Shown piece by piece: positions 34,556 to 44,492 of a stretch of DNA of 64,000 nucleotides; position 1 is the first letter of the stretch, and each line of letters opens with the position of its first letter. The stretch spans positions 288,001 through 352,000 of the forward strand of contig JASGHJ010000001.1 in assembly GCA_047602405.1 (NCBI GenBank), in the 5' to 3' direction. This DNA comes from Anaeromyxobacteraceae bacterium. Its GTDB lineage: Bacteria > Myxococcota > Myxococcia > Myxococcales > Anaeromyxobacteraceae. Below the pieces are notes generated by a model. It made no database searches. It worked only from the letters and a program-made list of their open reading frames with translations, and was not told the origin of the DNA. A program made the position numbers and the translations under genes.

Positions 34556-34586
34556 CATGAACGCGCGGTCCATCAGGGTCGTCAAC
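34556..34586 (-). promoter_or_regulatory. Conserved cytochrome promoter motif GTTGAC-N17-CGTTCATG
   Basis: Same motif upstream of cytochromes 2 and 3; a variant upstream of cytochrome 4. Confidence 0.6.
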
Positions 34587-34958
34587 CAGGGGCCGGATCA
34601 AAACCTATTAGGCCTGGAACTTCGCTCACTTACGGCGCCCCGCAGCCTTTTCGTCGCACCCCTTTCCCCACAAAAGCCGAGTCATCCCAGGATGTTCCCG
34701 TGATCAGGCTCATTTTGCCGCACCTGCTGCGACGCGTCGTCTGGGTCCGGGCTTCCTGAGAGGGGGTCGCGCTAGAATTGCCGTGTCCGCGGGTCAGCGT
34801 CGAGCTCGAACGGCGGGTCCTCCGAGACGCGACAATCCGCCTTTTCCACGTCTTTACGGACCCATGGGGGATGGGTCGCCTGCGCACCCACAGGTAGGTC
34901 AGCAGGGGACCGGCCGACCCCGCAAAAAGAGCAGGGTCACGAAGGCCCCGGAAAGAGC

Positions 34959-34992
34959 GAAGGGCGGGGACGCTCGCGCGCCCCCGCCCCTC
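34959..34992 (-). terminator. Conserved 3' hairpin of cytochrome 2
   Basis: GGGCGGGG...CCCCGCCC stem, homologous to those at 38192 and 41542. Confidence 0.55.
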
Positions 34993-35014
34993 ATGTTTCA
35001 CCGACCGTGATCGA

Positions 35015-37534
35015 CTACTTGAAGATCGCGGCGATCTTCGCGATCACGGCGTCGAACACGCCGGTGTTGGCGACGAGCAGCGTGCCGTTCGCGTGCTGGT
35101 GCTCGTAGAAGGACGCGAGCAGCGCGGCGTCGTCCTCCTTGATCATCTGCGTGCGGTGGCAGGAGCCGCAGGCGCGGGCGCCCGGGCCGGTCACGTAGGA
35201 CGCGACCGTGCCGATGTTGCGGTCCCAGCCGGCCTTCGGCTGCGACGACGCGGAGAGGACGCTCGCCATCGACCGCGACTGATCAGGGACGTTGTAGGTC
35301 CCGGCGTAGTGGCAGGACTCGCAGTTCTTGATCGAGAAGTTCGGGTAGACGGCGTCGTTCTTCTCCTCGTAGCGGAGCTTCGCGATCGGGTTCGTGAAGT
35401 CGACCGTCGAGAGGTCGAACGCCTGCATCGAGTGGATCGCGTGCACGTACGAGTCGATCGAGCGCGACTGCATCTCGAGGTGCGCGCCGCCGTTGCCGAC
35501 GACGTGGCAGAGGCGGCAGCCGACGACGCCGGCCGAGCCGTAGGACACGTTGTGGAACGTCGTGCCGAGCGCGTCGTGGCACTTGTTGCACTTGTCCGGG
35601 TTCACGATCTGCTTGCCGTAGGAGCCCGCGTCGGCGACGAGCGCCTTGCCCACGAGGTCGAACGTGCGGGTGATGCCCTTGGCCTGGACGTACGGGTTGT
35701 AGTTCGGGTTCGCGCTCGTCACGCTGTTCACGGTGACGGTCGGCGCGTTGTCCGGGGTCTTCGTCTGGTCGAGGCCGATGACCGGGAGGACGCCGATCTC
35801 CATCCGCTTGACCGAGCCGTCCGCGAGCTTCGAGGCCCACAGGGTGAGGTCGGCGACGGCGACCCACGCCTTGTTGCCCGCCGTGGCGGTGGCCGGGGTG
35901 ATGGCGAGGCGCGGGCTGTTGCCCGTCGCGCCCTCGGCCCACTCGAGGTTGCGCTTGCCGTCCGGAGCCGGCTGCGAGCCGTGGCCGCCCACGATGAAGT
36001 CCTTCGTGTCGTAGCCGTAGAGGCTCATCACGACCGTCGGCTTGACGATGGCCTGCGCGTTCAGGTCGGCGCCCGCCATCGAGAAGTTCACGGTGAGCTT
36101 GTTGGTCGTGGCGTCGAACGTCGCGGAGTCGACCGTGGTGGTGATGGCGTACGCGGTCGTCTCGGTCTTGTGGGCCGTCTTGTCGTAGCCGGGGTGAATC
36201 TCGGCGAGCGTCTTGCCCGAGCCGCCGGCCTTGTGGCAGGTCGAGCAGTCGAACGAGCCGTAGAGGTCCATCGTGTGGATGGCCGCGTAGGCCGCCGGGA
36301 TGGCGGTCTTGAGCGCCGGGGCGCGGCCCGGGGCGGTGCCGCCCGTGCCGGTGACCGGGTGGCAGCTCTTGCAGGTCGTCAGGGTGAAGTGCGAGTCCGC
36401 GAGGACGACGTTGAGCTTGCCCGCGTGGCAGGTCGAGCAGTTCGCCATCGACTGCGGATACTCGAACTCGAACGCGTGCGAGTTGTGCGTGTCGTTCATC
36501 ACGTTCGCGACGTAGGCGTACTTCGACTTCTGCGCGGCGGTGAGCACGCCGCCCTGCGTCTCGAAGGCCGCCGGGTCATCGGTGACGAGGTACCAGCCGC
36601 CGTCCGTGCCGCGGCGATCGTCCGTGTGGCAGGCCTTGCAGGCGACGAAGTCGTTCAGGCCGGCGACGGTGGCCTGGCGGTAGCCGTGCTTCGAGTACGG
36701 CGCGCCGTGGCACTTCTCGCAGCCCGTGACCGTGGCCGAGGAGGTGTAGTTGATCGCGCCCTTCACCACCTTCGCGAAGGAGACCATGTTGTCCATGAGC
36801 GCGTAGTGGCGGCCGCCCGGGTTGTCGTTGCCCTCGAGGGTCGGGATGACGGCGTCGCCGAAGTAGCCGTAGACGAACGCGTTCGTCGCGGAGGCCATCG
36901 GGTCGGCGGTGAGGTTGTCCTTCACGGCCGTCCAGGTGCCGGTGGCGGCGTCGGTCAGCGTCCAGCCGCCGAAGGTGAAGTTCTGGGGCGAGCCGGCCAC
37001 GCTGCCGCCGGTCTCACCGGTCGGGTCGGTCGCGGCGTCGTTCACGTACGGCGGCGTCACGAACTTCGTGCCGTCGAACGTCGTGAAGTAGACCGTCTTC
37101 TGCTTCAGCGCGGAGATCGCGTCCGTGTAGGGCTTCCCGCCCTTCTTCAGCGTGAAGGTGACGGTGGCCTTGAAGGTGTTGGCGTTCGTGCCGGGGGTGA
37201 CGTCGACCGTGCCGACGAAGGCGGCCGCGAACTTGGTGCTGCCCTGGTTGATGCCGTCCGCATAGTTGTTGTAGTCGGCCTGGTGCGCCGCGCCGGCCGC
37301 CGGGTGGCAGACCTCGCAGGACTCGGCCTTGGCCGTCTCGGTGAGGTCCTGGCCGGCGGGGCCGGTCGGGCCCGTGGGGCCGGTGGGGCCGGTCGGGCCG
37401 GTGGCGCCGTCCTGGCCGTCGATGCCGTCCGTGCCGTTGGCGCCGGCCTTGCCGTCGGCGCCGGAGCAGCCGCTGATCGCGAGCGTGCCGGCGGCGACCA
37501 CCGCGAGCAGGCTCTTCCAGTTCATCGTGTTCAT
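35015..37534 (-). CDS. Decaheme cytochrome c lipoprotein 2 (MtrC/OmcA-like)
   Basis: Lipobox ISGC, (G-X-Y)13, 10 CxxCH (1+5+4), EYPQSMANC. Confidence 0.88.
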   Translation of the reverse strand: MNTMNWKSLLAVVAAGTLAISGCSGADGKAGANGTDGIDGQDGATGPTGPTGPTGPTGPAGQDLTETAKAESCEVCHPAAGAAHQADYNNYADGINQGSTKFAAAFVGTVDVTPGTNANTFKATVTFTLKKGGKPYTDAISALKQKTVYFTTFDGTKFVTPPYVNDAATDPTGETGGSVAGSPQNFTFGGWTLTDAATGTWTAVKDNLTADPMASATNAFVYGYFGDAVIPTLEGNDNPGGRHYALMDNMVSFAKVVKGAINYTSSATVTGCEKCHGAPYSKHGYRQATVAGLNDFVACKACHTDDRRGTDGGWYLVTDDPAAFETQGGVLTAAQKSKYAYVANVMNDTHNSHAFEFEYPQSMANCSTCHAGKLNVVLADSHFTLTTCKSCHPVTGTGGTAPGRAPALKTAIPAAYAAIHTMDLYGSFDCSTCHKAGGSGKTLAEIHPGYDKTAHKTETTAYAITTTVDSATFDATTNKLTVNFSMAGADLNAQAIVKPTVVMSLYGYDTKDFIVGGHGSQPAPDGKRNLEWAEGATGNSPRLAITPATATAGNKAWVAVADLTLWASKLADGSVKRMEIGVLPVIGLDQTKTPDNAPTVTVNSVTSANPNYNPYVQAKGITRTFDLVGKALVADAGSYGKQIVNPDKCNKCHDALGTTFHNVSYGSAGVVGCRLCHVVGNGGAHLEMQSRSIDSYVHAIHSMQAFDLSTVDFTNPIAKLRYEEKNDAVYPNFSIKNCESCHYAGTYNVPDQSRSMASVLSASSQPKAGWDRNIGTVASYVTGPGARACGSCHRTQMIKEDDAALLASFYEHQHANGTLLVANTGVFDAVIAKIAAIFK

Positions 37535-38249
37535 CGCGTGTGTTTCTCCGAGCTGATGCGTCCGTGGACTGCTGCTGCGTGCTTCAGGAAGCTGCGGGGG
37601 TACTCGCACGGTGAAGCTGCGTGCGAGCTCGACTTCACGCGGCCATGAACGCCCCGGCCACGGAGCGGGTCAACAACTCGGCTCCACTTTGTTCAATCGG
37701 CGCGCAATCCCGGCCACTTGCAGTGCGCGCAATCTTGGCGCCGCTCGACCTTTCGTAAAATCCGCTGTCGGCGCCGTGTAAACGGCCGAGATCAGGTGGC
37801 TCCTCGACCGGGTAGTCACGCGGCCTCCCCTCGCGCACATCGGCCCCCGGCGAATCGCGCAATCATCGCGCCTGGGGGCACGCAATTCGTGGCGCGGCCC
37901 TGGGTGCGTCCGGCCTGCGTGAAATGACCCACGCGCCGGGCACGCGCCGGGAGCGCCCCGGAGTGCGACCATCACCGCGGGTCAACACCTCGCTTTCACC
38001 CCTGGGCCCGTGGGGTTGCGGCGCCACGCCCGGCGGCGCGGCGGCCGGGAGCGGTGCGACACGAGCCGTGATCGAGGGACGCGCGGAGGCGCCGCAGCGA
38101 GGGTCGCGAGCACCCGCGCGGTCGCGCCGCACTCGCGGCGATCCGCCGCGCGCGTGGGCGCGCATCACCGAAGGTGACGGAGCACGAAAGGCGAGGGGCG
38201 GAGGCGCTCGACGCGCCCCCGCCCCTCGATGTTCACCTACTGTGACTGG
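37535..38249 (-). repeat. Duplicated intergenic unit (terminator + promoter + 5' UTR), copy B
   Basis: Colinear blocks shared with 40890-41600, e.g. GCGTGTGTTTCTCCGAGCTGATGCGTCCGTGGAC, GCGCAATCCCG, CTGCGTGAAAT, GATGTTCACCTAC. Confidence 0.85.
37644..37674 (-). promoter_or_regulatory. Conserved cytochrome promoter motif GTTGAC-N17-CGTTCATG
   Basis: Same motif as 34556-34586. Confidence 0.6.
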
Positions 38250-40889
38250 CTACGGCAGCTTCGCGGCGTCGATCAGCGCCTGACGGCCGCCGGTGACCGG
38301 CGCCGGCAGGATGCCGTTCGTGTACGCGTGGGTCCGGAGGATGAACTGCTCCACCGGGTCACGCGACTGGTGGCAGGTCATGCAGGAGGCCGCGCCGGGG
38401 CCGACGAGGACGTCGTCGGTGAGCCCCGGGAGATCACCCCAGGGCGCCGCGCCGGCGTCCTGCTCGGTGACCGCGACGGCCAGCGTCGGATCCGGCATCT
38501 CCTCGACCGCGCCGTCCACGTGGCAGGCGCTGCAGTCGGCGAGCGCACGCGGGTAGTGCACCTCGACGAAGTTGTGCGTCTTCGTCACGGCCGTGGTGTT
38601 GGCGGCGTCGCACTGCGTCCCGGTGGCCGTGGAGGGCGCGCCGGAGCCCGCGACGACCTTGCAGCCGGTGCCCGGCCACGCGGGCTGCGCGGCGAGGGCC
38701 TCCTTCGAGCCGAAGAAGTAGACGCCGTTCGTCCGGTAGAAGACGAGCGGCTCACCCGAGCCGGCCTCGCCCGCGGAGTGGATCGCGTGCACCATCGAGC
38801 GCAGGTCGTAGGTCTGGCCCACCTGGCCGTCGTACGCCTCCGCCGCCGTGACGCCCATGGCGACCCGGTTGTTCTTCTCGTTCGCCGCGGGGTTGTGGCA
38901 CATCACGCAGAGCTCGATCGAGTCCACGCGGTTGCCGCCGTGCTGGTACATCGAGCCGAGGTGGCAGGCCTCGCACTTCGCGAAGCTGACGATCTGCCGG
39001 CGCGGGACGGCCGGGGCGGCGCCCGTGCCGACGACGAACTCGCGCGAGGGCGAGGTCGAGCGGATCTGGATCACGGCGGAGGTCGTGCCCGCCGTCGGGG
39101 TGAACGCGATCTGCGGCTTGCCCTGGAGCGAGACGATGCCCTTCGTGGCGGTGGTCGTCTCGACCGGGATCGTCGTGGTGGCGACGTTCGCGGCGCAGGT
39201 CGTGTTCGTGGCGGTGACGTTCACGGCGGCGCCCGGCTGGCCGGGGCTCGTGCCCGGGCCACCGACCCAGTCGTTGCCGATCGCGTAGGCGCGGAGGACC
39301 GACAGGTTGCTCGCGACCTGACCCGTGGTGGCGTTCGCGGTCGCGCCGAAGAAGACCGGCGCGGTCGCCGAGACCGTCTGGTTGCAGGGGTTGACCGCGG
39401 TGCCGCCCTGCGTGGCGGTCCAGGTGATGACGAGGTTCGTGCCGGAGACCGACACGCCCGTGATGTTCATGAGCACCGAGTCACCGAGGACGACCGACTG
39501 ATCGGCGCCGTCCCAGATCAGGCCGCCGCGCTCCGTGCGCGCGCCGTTGTGGAACTCGGCCACGCGGTCGGGCATGGCGTCGGCGAGGGTGTTGTCGGTG
39601 TCCGGGGTGTGGCACGTGGCGGTGCAGGTGGTCAGCGTCGCCGTGGCGGCGGTGATGTTCCGGTGCAGCGCCGCGGCCGAGCCGCCCACGACCGTCTTCG
39701 AGAAGCCGTCCCAGTTCTGGTGGCAGGACATGCAGAGGCGCCAGCTCGGCGGCTGGTCCTGGACCCGGGCGAGGGTCGCCGGCGTGTTGTGGCAGACCGA
39801 GCAGTTGTTCATGTAGCTCGGGAAGCCGACCGAGAACGAGGAGCTGACCGTGGGGACCGGCGGGTTGTCGTTGTTCGGGTTCTTCGCGCCGCCGACGCTG
39901 CGGACGTAGGTGCCGGCCGGCGCGGGGGCGTCGTACCAGCCCTCGGCGAGCGGGCCGTTGTTGGCGTTCGAGACGCGGTCCGGATCCCAGCGGCGGGCGA
40001 CGTTGCCGCCCGGCATGTTGTGGGAGTTGTGGATGCCGTGGACGTAGCCCATCAGGCGCGAGCCGCCGCCCGTGGAGAGGTCGGCCGCCGTCGCGCCGGT
40101 GACGCCCAGGCCGGGGCCCGCGGAGTCCCAGCGGTTGTGGCACACGACGCACGCCTCGACGCCGCGCGGGTTCACGCCGTGGTGCTCGGCCGCCTCCGGG
40201 CCCTCGGGCTCGCGGAAGACCTTGTCGCCGTGGCAGTTGAAGCAGGAGACGTTCGAGACGACGAAGGCGTCGGCGCCGCCGAGGTGCACGACGACGGTCG
40301 CGGCGTCGGGGGCGTTGCCGTTGTCGATGCGGAGCATGAACGTCGTGCCGGCCGCGAAGTCGGGCTCGCGGACGTTCGGGCCGAAGCCGGCGATGGTGGC
40401 CTCGTAGTCGCCGTTCCACTTGTTGACGAGCGTGATCGGGTTCACGGCCGTGTCGATGCTGGTGCGGACGCCGTACTTCGAGGTGGCGTTCCGGACCCAC
40501 CAGTAGCCGCCCACGACGTGCGTGAAGTTGTTGGCGTTGACGCCGTCGACCTTCACGTTGAAGCGGATGACGAGGTTGTTGTCGGTGGCGACGGGGGCGA
40601 CCAGCGCCTCCTCGGCCACGGTGACGATGCCGCGCGCGGCGTGGCGCGTGGCGATCCCGCCGTGGCAGCCGTCGCACTTCTCGGTGAGGGAGACGGGGGC
40701 CGGCGAGCCGGGATCACCCTTGGGGCCGGTGGGCCCCGTCGGGCCGGTGGGGCCGGTCGGGCCCGTGGTGCCGGGCGAGCCGGTGGCGCCGTCGAGGCCG
40801 TTCTTGCCGTCGGCGCCGGAACAGCCGCTGATCGCGAGCGTGCCGGCGGCGACGACCGCGAGCAGGCCCTTCCAGTTCAAGGTGTTCAT
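38250..40889 (-). CDS. Decaheme cytochrome c lipoprotein 3 (MtrC/OmcA-like)
   Basis: Lipobox ISGC, (G-X-Y)13, 9 CxxCH plus one CxxxCH (CTATCH). Confidence 0.88.
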   Translation of the reverse strand: MNTLNWKGLLAVVAAGTLAISGCSGADGKNGLDGATGSPGTTGPTGPTGPTGPTGPKGDPGSPAPVSLTEKCDGCHGGIATRHAARGIVTVAEEALVAPVATDNNLVIRFNVKVDGVNANNFTHVVGGYWWVRNATSKYGVRTSIDTAVNPITLVNKWNGDYEATIAGFGPNVREPDFAAGTTFMLRIDNGNAPDAATVVVHLGGADAFVVSNVSCFNCHGDKVFREPEGPEAAEHHGVNPRGVEACVVCHNRWDSAGPGLGVTGATAADLSTGGGSRLMGYVHGIHNSHNMPGGNVARRWDPDRVSNANNGPLAEGWYDAPAPAGTYVRSVGGAKNPNNDNPPVPTVSSSFSVGFPSYMNNCSVCHNTPATLARVQDQPPSWRLCMSCHQNWDGFSKTVVGGSAAALHRNITAATATLTTCTATCHTPDTDNTLADAMPDRVAEFHNGARTERGGLIWDGADQSVVLGDSVLMNITGVSVSGTNLVITWTATQGGTAVNPCNQTVSATAPVFFGATANATTGQVASNLSVLRAYAIGNDWVGGPGTSPGQPGAAVNVTATNTTCAANVATTTIPVETTTATKGIVSLQGKPQIAFTPTAGTTSAVIQIRSTSPSREFVVGTGAAPAVPRRQIVSFAKCEACHLGSMYQHGGNRVDSIELCVMCHNPAANEKNNRVAMGVTAAEAYDGQVGQTYDLRSMVHAIHSAGEAGSGEPLVFYRTNGVYFFGSKEALAAQPAWPGTGCKVVAGSGAPSTATGTQCDAANTTAVTKTHNFVEVHYPRALADCSACHVDGAVEEMPDPTLAVAVTEQDAGAAPWGDLPGLTDDVLVGPGAASCMTCHQSRDPVEQFILRTHAYTNGILPAPVTGGRQALIDAAKLP

Positions 40890-41600
40890 TGCGTGTGTTT
40901 CTCCGAGCTGATGCGTCCGTGGACCGCTGACTTCGACAGGAGGCTGCGGGGGTGCGCGCACGGTGAACTCCTCCGCGCGCGCGATTGCGTGGCCATGAAC
41001 GCCGGTCTCGCGCGGGGGGTCAACATCTCGACCTTGCATCGTGCAATGGCGGCGCAATCCCGCCCACTTGCGGATCGCGCAGGATTCGCGCGGCGGCGCC
41101 GCCCCCGATCACCTCCGGGCGCATCGCCCAACCCACGGTGATCTCGATGCTCCTTGCCCGCGTGGGCGAACACCCCTCGTCGCCCCACATCACCCGGCGC
41201 CAGATCGCGCATTCCTTGCGACCTCGAGGCGCAGATCGGTGCGCGCGCCTGGGTGCCGGTGGACTGCGTGAAATCACCCATACGTTCCGTGAAAATCCGC
41301 GCCGCCCCGGATCTCCGTCTCCACCCTCCGTGAACCACGGAGGTTGGTCTGCGATCCCGTGCGGTTGAGGCACGGCGGGGACGGGCGGGGGTGCCGCGAT
41401 CGGGGCGGCACGTCCCGTGCGCCGGGGACGCCGACGAGGACGCGAGGTACGGGTCGCGCGCACCCGCGCGGCCAGGCCGCACCCGCGGCGTCCTGCCGCG
41501 CGCGCCGGGGCGCATCACGGAGGGTGACCGTGCACGAAGCGCGGGGGGCGGAGGCGCCGTCCGCGCCCCCGCCCCCCGATGTTCACCTACCGTCACCACC
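40890..41600 (-). repeat. Duplicated intergenic unit, copy A
   Basis: Homologous to 37535-38249. Confidence 0.85.
40994..41024 (-). promoter_or_regulatory. Conserved cytochrome promoter motif GTTGAC-N17-CGTTCATG
   Basis: Same motif as 34556-34586. Confidence 0.6.
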
Positions 41601-41645
41601 TCCCGTGCGCCGGGCGCTCCGGCACCCGGGGAGCGGGCCGCCGCG

Positions 41646-44207
41646 CTACTTCGCGGCGTCGATCAGCGTCTGCCGCCCGTTCGCGAACACGCCCGGCGTG
41701 AAGCCGTTCACGGAGGCGTGGTTGCGGAGCGCCCGCTGCATGGCCGGGTCGCTCGACTGGTGGCAGGTCATGCAGGACTGCGCGGACGGGCCGATGAGCA
41801 CGTCGTCGGTCAGGACGTTCCACGGGGCGGCGCCCGGGTCGAGCGTGACGGCCATGGCGGCCAGCGGGTCGGGCAGCCGGTCCACCGCGCCGTCGACGTG
41901 GCACGCGTTGCAGTCGTTGAGGGCGCGCGGGTAGTGGATCCCGCGGACCCGGTGCGGACGCCAGGTGCCCGCGGTGCTGTTGACGAGGCCGGTGTCCTTG
42001 CAGGTGCCGTCGGCGTTGGCGACGGGCACCGTCCCGGTCGCGCTCGAGCCGAAGACCTTGCAGAAGGTGAGCGGACCGTCCTCGGCGTCGACGCAGGAGA
42101 CGCAGTCGGCCGCGGCCGGCCAGTTCTGGACGCCGACGGGCTTGCCGGTGGCGTCGAGCGCGCCGAAGAAGAAGATGCCGTTCGTGCGGTAGTACATGAG
42201 CGGCACCTGCGTCTCGGCGGCGGCGTGGATGGCGTGGACCATCGTGCGCAGGTCGTACGACTCACCCGGCTTGCCGTCGTAGGCCTCGGCCGCGGTGACC
42301 TCGATGTCCACCCGGCGGTTCTTCTCGTTGCCGGCCGGGTTGTGGCACATCACGCACAGCTCGATGCTGTCCACGCGGCTGCCGCCGTGCTGGTACAGCG
42401 TCCCGACGTGGCAGGCGTTGCACTTCTCCACCTCCACGACCTGGCGGCGCGCGGCCGCGGGCAGTGCGCCGTCCGCGACGAGGAACTCGCGGGTCGGGGT
42501 CTTCGCGCGGACCCACACGACGTTGCCGTTGCCGGCGAACTTCACCTGCGGCTTGCCCTGGAGGGCGACGATCCCGCGGGTGGCCGCGGTGGTCTGGACC
42601 GGCACCACGGTCTTCGCGACCTTGTTCGCGTCGCAGGTGGTGTTGGTCGAGGCGAGCGTCGTCGAGCCGGCCGGCTGGCCGGGCACCGTGGCGCCGGTGA
42701 GGGCGTCGTTCACCCAGTCGTCACCGAGCGCGTAGGCGCGGAGGATGCTCATCGTGCTGCCGCAGCCCGCGGTGGTGTTGGTGCAGCCCTCGGTGGCGCC
42801 CGTCTTGCCGAAGAAGACCGGGCCCACCGCGTAGTCGGCGTTGCACGGGTCGTACTTCGCGTTCGCGTTCGTCGGATTGGAGGCGGTCCAGGTGATCTCG
42901 AGGTTCGTGCCGACCTTCGCGACGCCGGTGATGGCGAGCGCGAACTTCTTCGCGAGCACCATCGACTGGTCGGCGCCGTCCCAGATGAGGCCCGCGCGTT
43001 CGGTGACGAGGCCGTTGTGGAACTCGCCGAGGGTCTTCCTCACGCTGCCGGTGTGGCAGGTCGTGCAGTCGGTGGCCGACGTGACGCTGCCGTGGACGGT
43101 GAGCATCGCCGCGGACATCCCGAAGCCGTCGATGCCGTCGTGGCAGGAGATGCAGAGCGCGTACGAGATCGGCGCGTTCCGCACGGCGTCGAGGCGCGCC
43201 GGCGTGTCGTGGCACGTCGCGCAGTTCGGCATGTTGCCGGGGAAGCCGACCGCGAAGTCGAACTTGTTCCCGTTGGTCCAGGTGAACGTGTACTTCCCGT
43301 CGGGCATGTTGAGGGAGTTGTGCACGCCGTGCACGATGCCCATCAGGCCGGTGCCGGCCCCGGGGAGCCGCGGGTCGGCGCTGCCGGTGCGGTTGTGGCA
43401 CACGACGCACGGGCCGACGCCCTGCGGATTCGTCACGTCGTGGGCCGCGCCGCGCCAGACGTGGTTGCCGTGGCAGTCGATGCAGACCTGATCGCCGACC
43501 ACGTCGTTCGGGCGGTCGCCGTAGCTCGCCACCACGGTCGCCGTCATCTCGTTCGGGCCCATCGCGCTGAGCATGAACGTCGTCCCGGCGGCGGGCACGG
43601 CGGTGAAGCCGGTGACGGTCGCGGTGTAGTTGCCGTTGCCGTTCGGCGCGATGGTCCAGGCGTAGCCGCCCTGGAGCTTGGTCCGGACGCCCGCGTGCTG
43701 CGCGGCGTCCCACACCCAGAACGCGTCCTCGTTGTGGGCGCGCAGGTCGGACGCCTTCGACAGGAAGTCGATGCGGGGCACGCCGCCGACCCGGACGTTG
43801 TACCGGACGGTGACGGCGAAGGTCGTCGGGTTCACCTCGACCGCGGGGAGCTGGATCGAGGGCGTGCCCGCGTTGCCGTCGTGGTCGACCAGCGCGGGGG
43901 CGCCGGCCGCGGTCCAGTGCTGGGGCTTCGTCGCGACCGCGTCGTTGCCCTGCACCGCGTGCCTGGAGCCCGCGCCGTCGTGGCAGCCGGCGCAGTTCTC
44001 GGTCATCGAGACCGGGGCCGGCGTGCCCGGGTCACCCTTGGGCCCGGTGGGGCCGGTCGGCCCGGTGGGACCGGTCGGGCCCGTGGCGCCCGGGGCGCCG
44101 TTCTGGCCGGTGAGGCCGTCCTTGCCGTCGGCGCCGGAACAGCCGGCGATCACGAGCGCGCCCGCGGCCAGCATCGCGAGCGCGCGCTTCGAGCTCATCT
44201 TGGTCAT
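41646..44207 (-). CDS. Decaheme cytochrome c lipoprotein 4 (MtrC/OmcA-like)
   Basis: Lipobox IAGC, (G-X-Y)13, 10 CxxCH; close paralog of cytochrome 3. Confidence 0.88.
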   Translation of the reverse strand: MTKMSSKRALAMLAAGALVIAGCSGADGKDGLTGQNGAPGATGPTGPTGPTGPTGPKGDPGTPAPVSMTENCAGCHDGAGSRHAVQGNDAVATKPQHWTAAGAPALVDHDGNAGTPSIQLPAVEVNPTTFAVTVRYNVRVGGVPRIDFLSKASDLRAHNEDAFWVWDAAQHAGVRTKLQGGYAWTIAPNGNGNYTATVTGFTAVPAAGTTFMLSAMGPNEMTATVVASYGDRPNDVVGDQVCIDCHGNHVWRGAAHDVTNPQGVGPCVVCHNRTGSADPRLPGAGTGLMGIVHGVHNSLNMPDGKYTFTWTNGNKFDFAVGFPGNMPNCATCHDTPARLDAVRNAPISYALCISCHDGIDGFGMSAAMLTVHGSVTSATDCTTCHTGSVRKTLGEFHNGLVTERAGLIWDGADQSMVLAKKFALAITGVAKVGTNLEITWTASNPTNANAKYDPCNADYAVGPVFFGKTGATEGCTNTTAGCGSTMSILRAYALGDDWVNDALTGATVPGQPAGSTTLASTNTTCDANKVAKTVVPVQTTAATRGIVALQGKPQVKFAGNGNVVWVRAKTPTREFLVADGALPAAARRQVVEVEKCNACHVGTLYQHGGSRVDSIELCVMCHNPAGNEKNRRVDIEVTAAEAYDGKPGESYDLRTMVHAIHAAAETQVPLMYYRTNGIFFFGALDATGKPVGVQNWPAAADCVSCVDAEDGPLTFCKVFGSSATGTVPVANADGTCKDTGLVNSTAGTWRPHRVRGIHYPRALNDCNACHVDGAVDRLPDPLAAMAVTLDPGAAPWNVLTDDVLIGPSAQSCMTCHQSSDPAMQRALRNHASVNGFTPGVFANGRQTLIDAAK

Positions 44208-44276
44208 CGAGCATTCTCCGAGCAATAGGGGAGGCTACTTCACTGATCGTCCGTGGAACCCCCGGTACAACCCGGG

Positions 44277-44308
44277 CATGAGGCGCCTCCTGCACCCGGA
44301 TGGTCAAC
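44277..44308 (-). promoter_or_regulatory. Variant cytochrome promoter motif GTTGAC-N17-CGCCTCATG
   Basis: GTTGAC and CATG conserved, spacing one base longer. Confidence 0.45.
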
Positions 44309-44492
44309 GCACACGAGGTCGCGCGCGGCGACGCGCACTCACCGTGAGGCTGTGCCTTCGCGACGACCTACGTTTTCTGAAAGTGAACTATGCGTGCACG
44401 GCGGAACGCCGCGCCCGCGCGGGTGATCGAAATGCGCGCGGCCGCCCGGATGGGGCGGCCGCGGGTGCGACGCGATGCTGCCGGCGAACCGC

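Noticed and set aside
34490..44340. GEMM-I (c-di-GMP/cGAMP) riboswitches in the cytochrome leaders
   Set aside because: I could not find the GEMM consensus (GGCAAA...GAAA tetraloop...ACGCAAAG) in any leader by eye; an Rfam cmscan would settle it.
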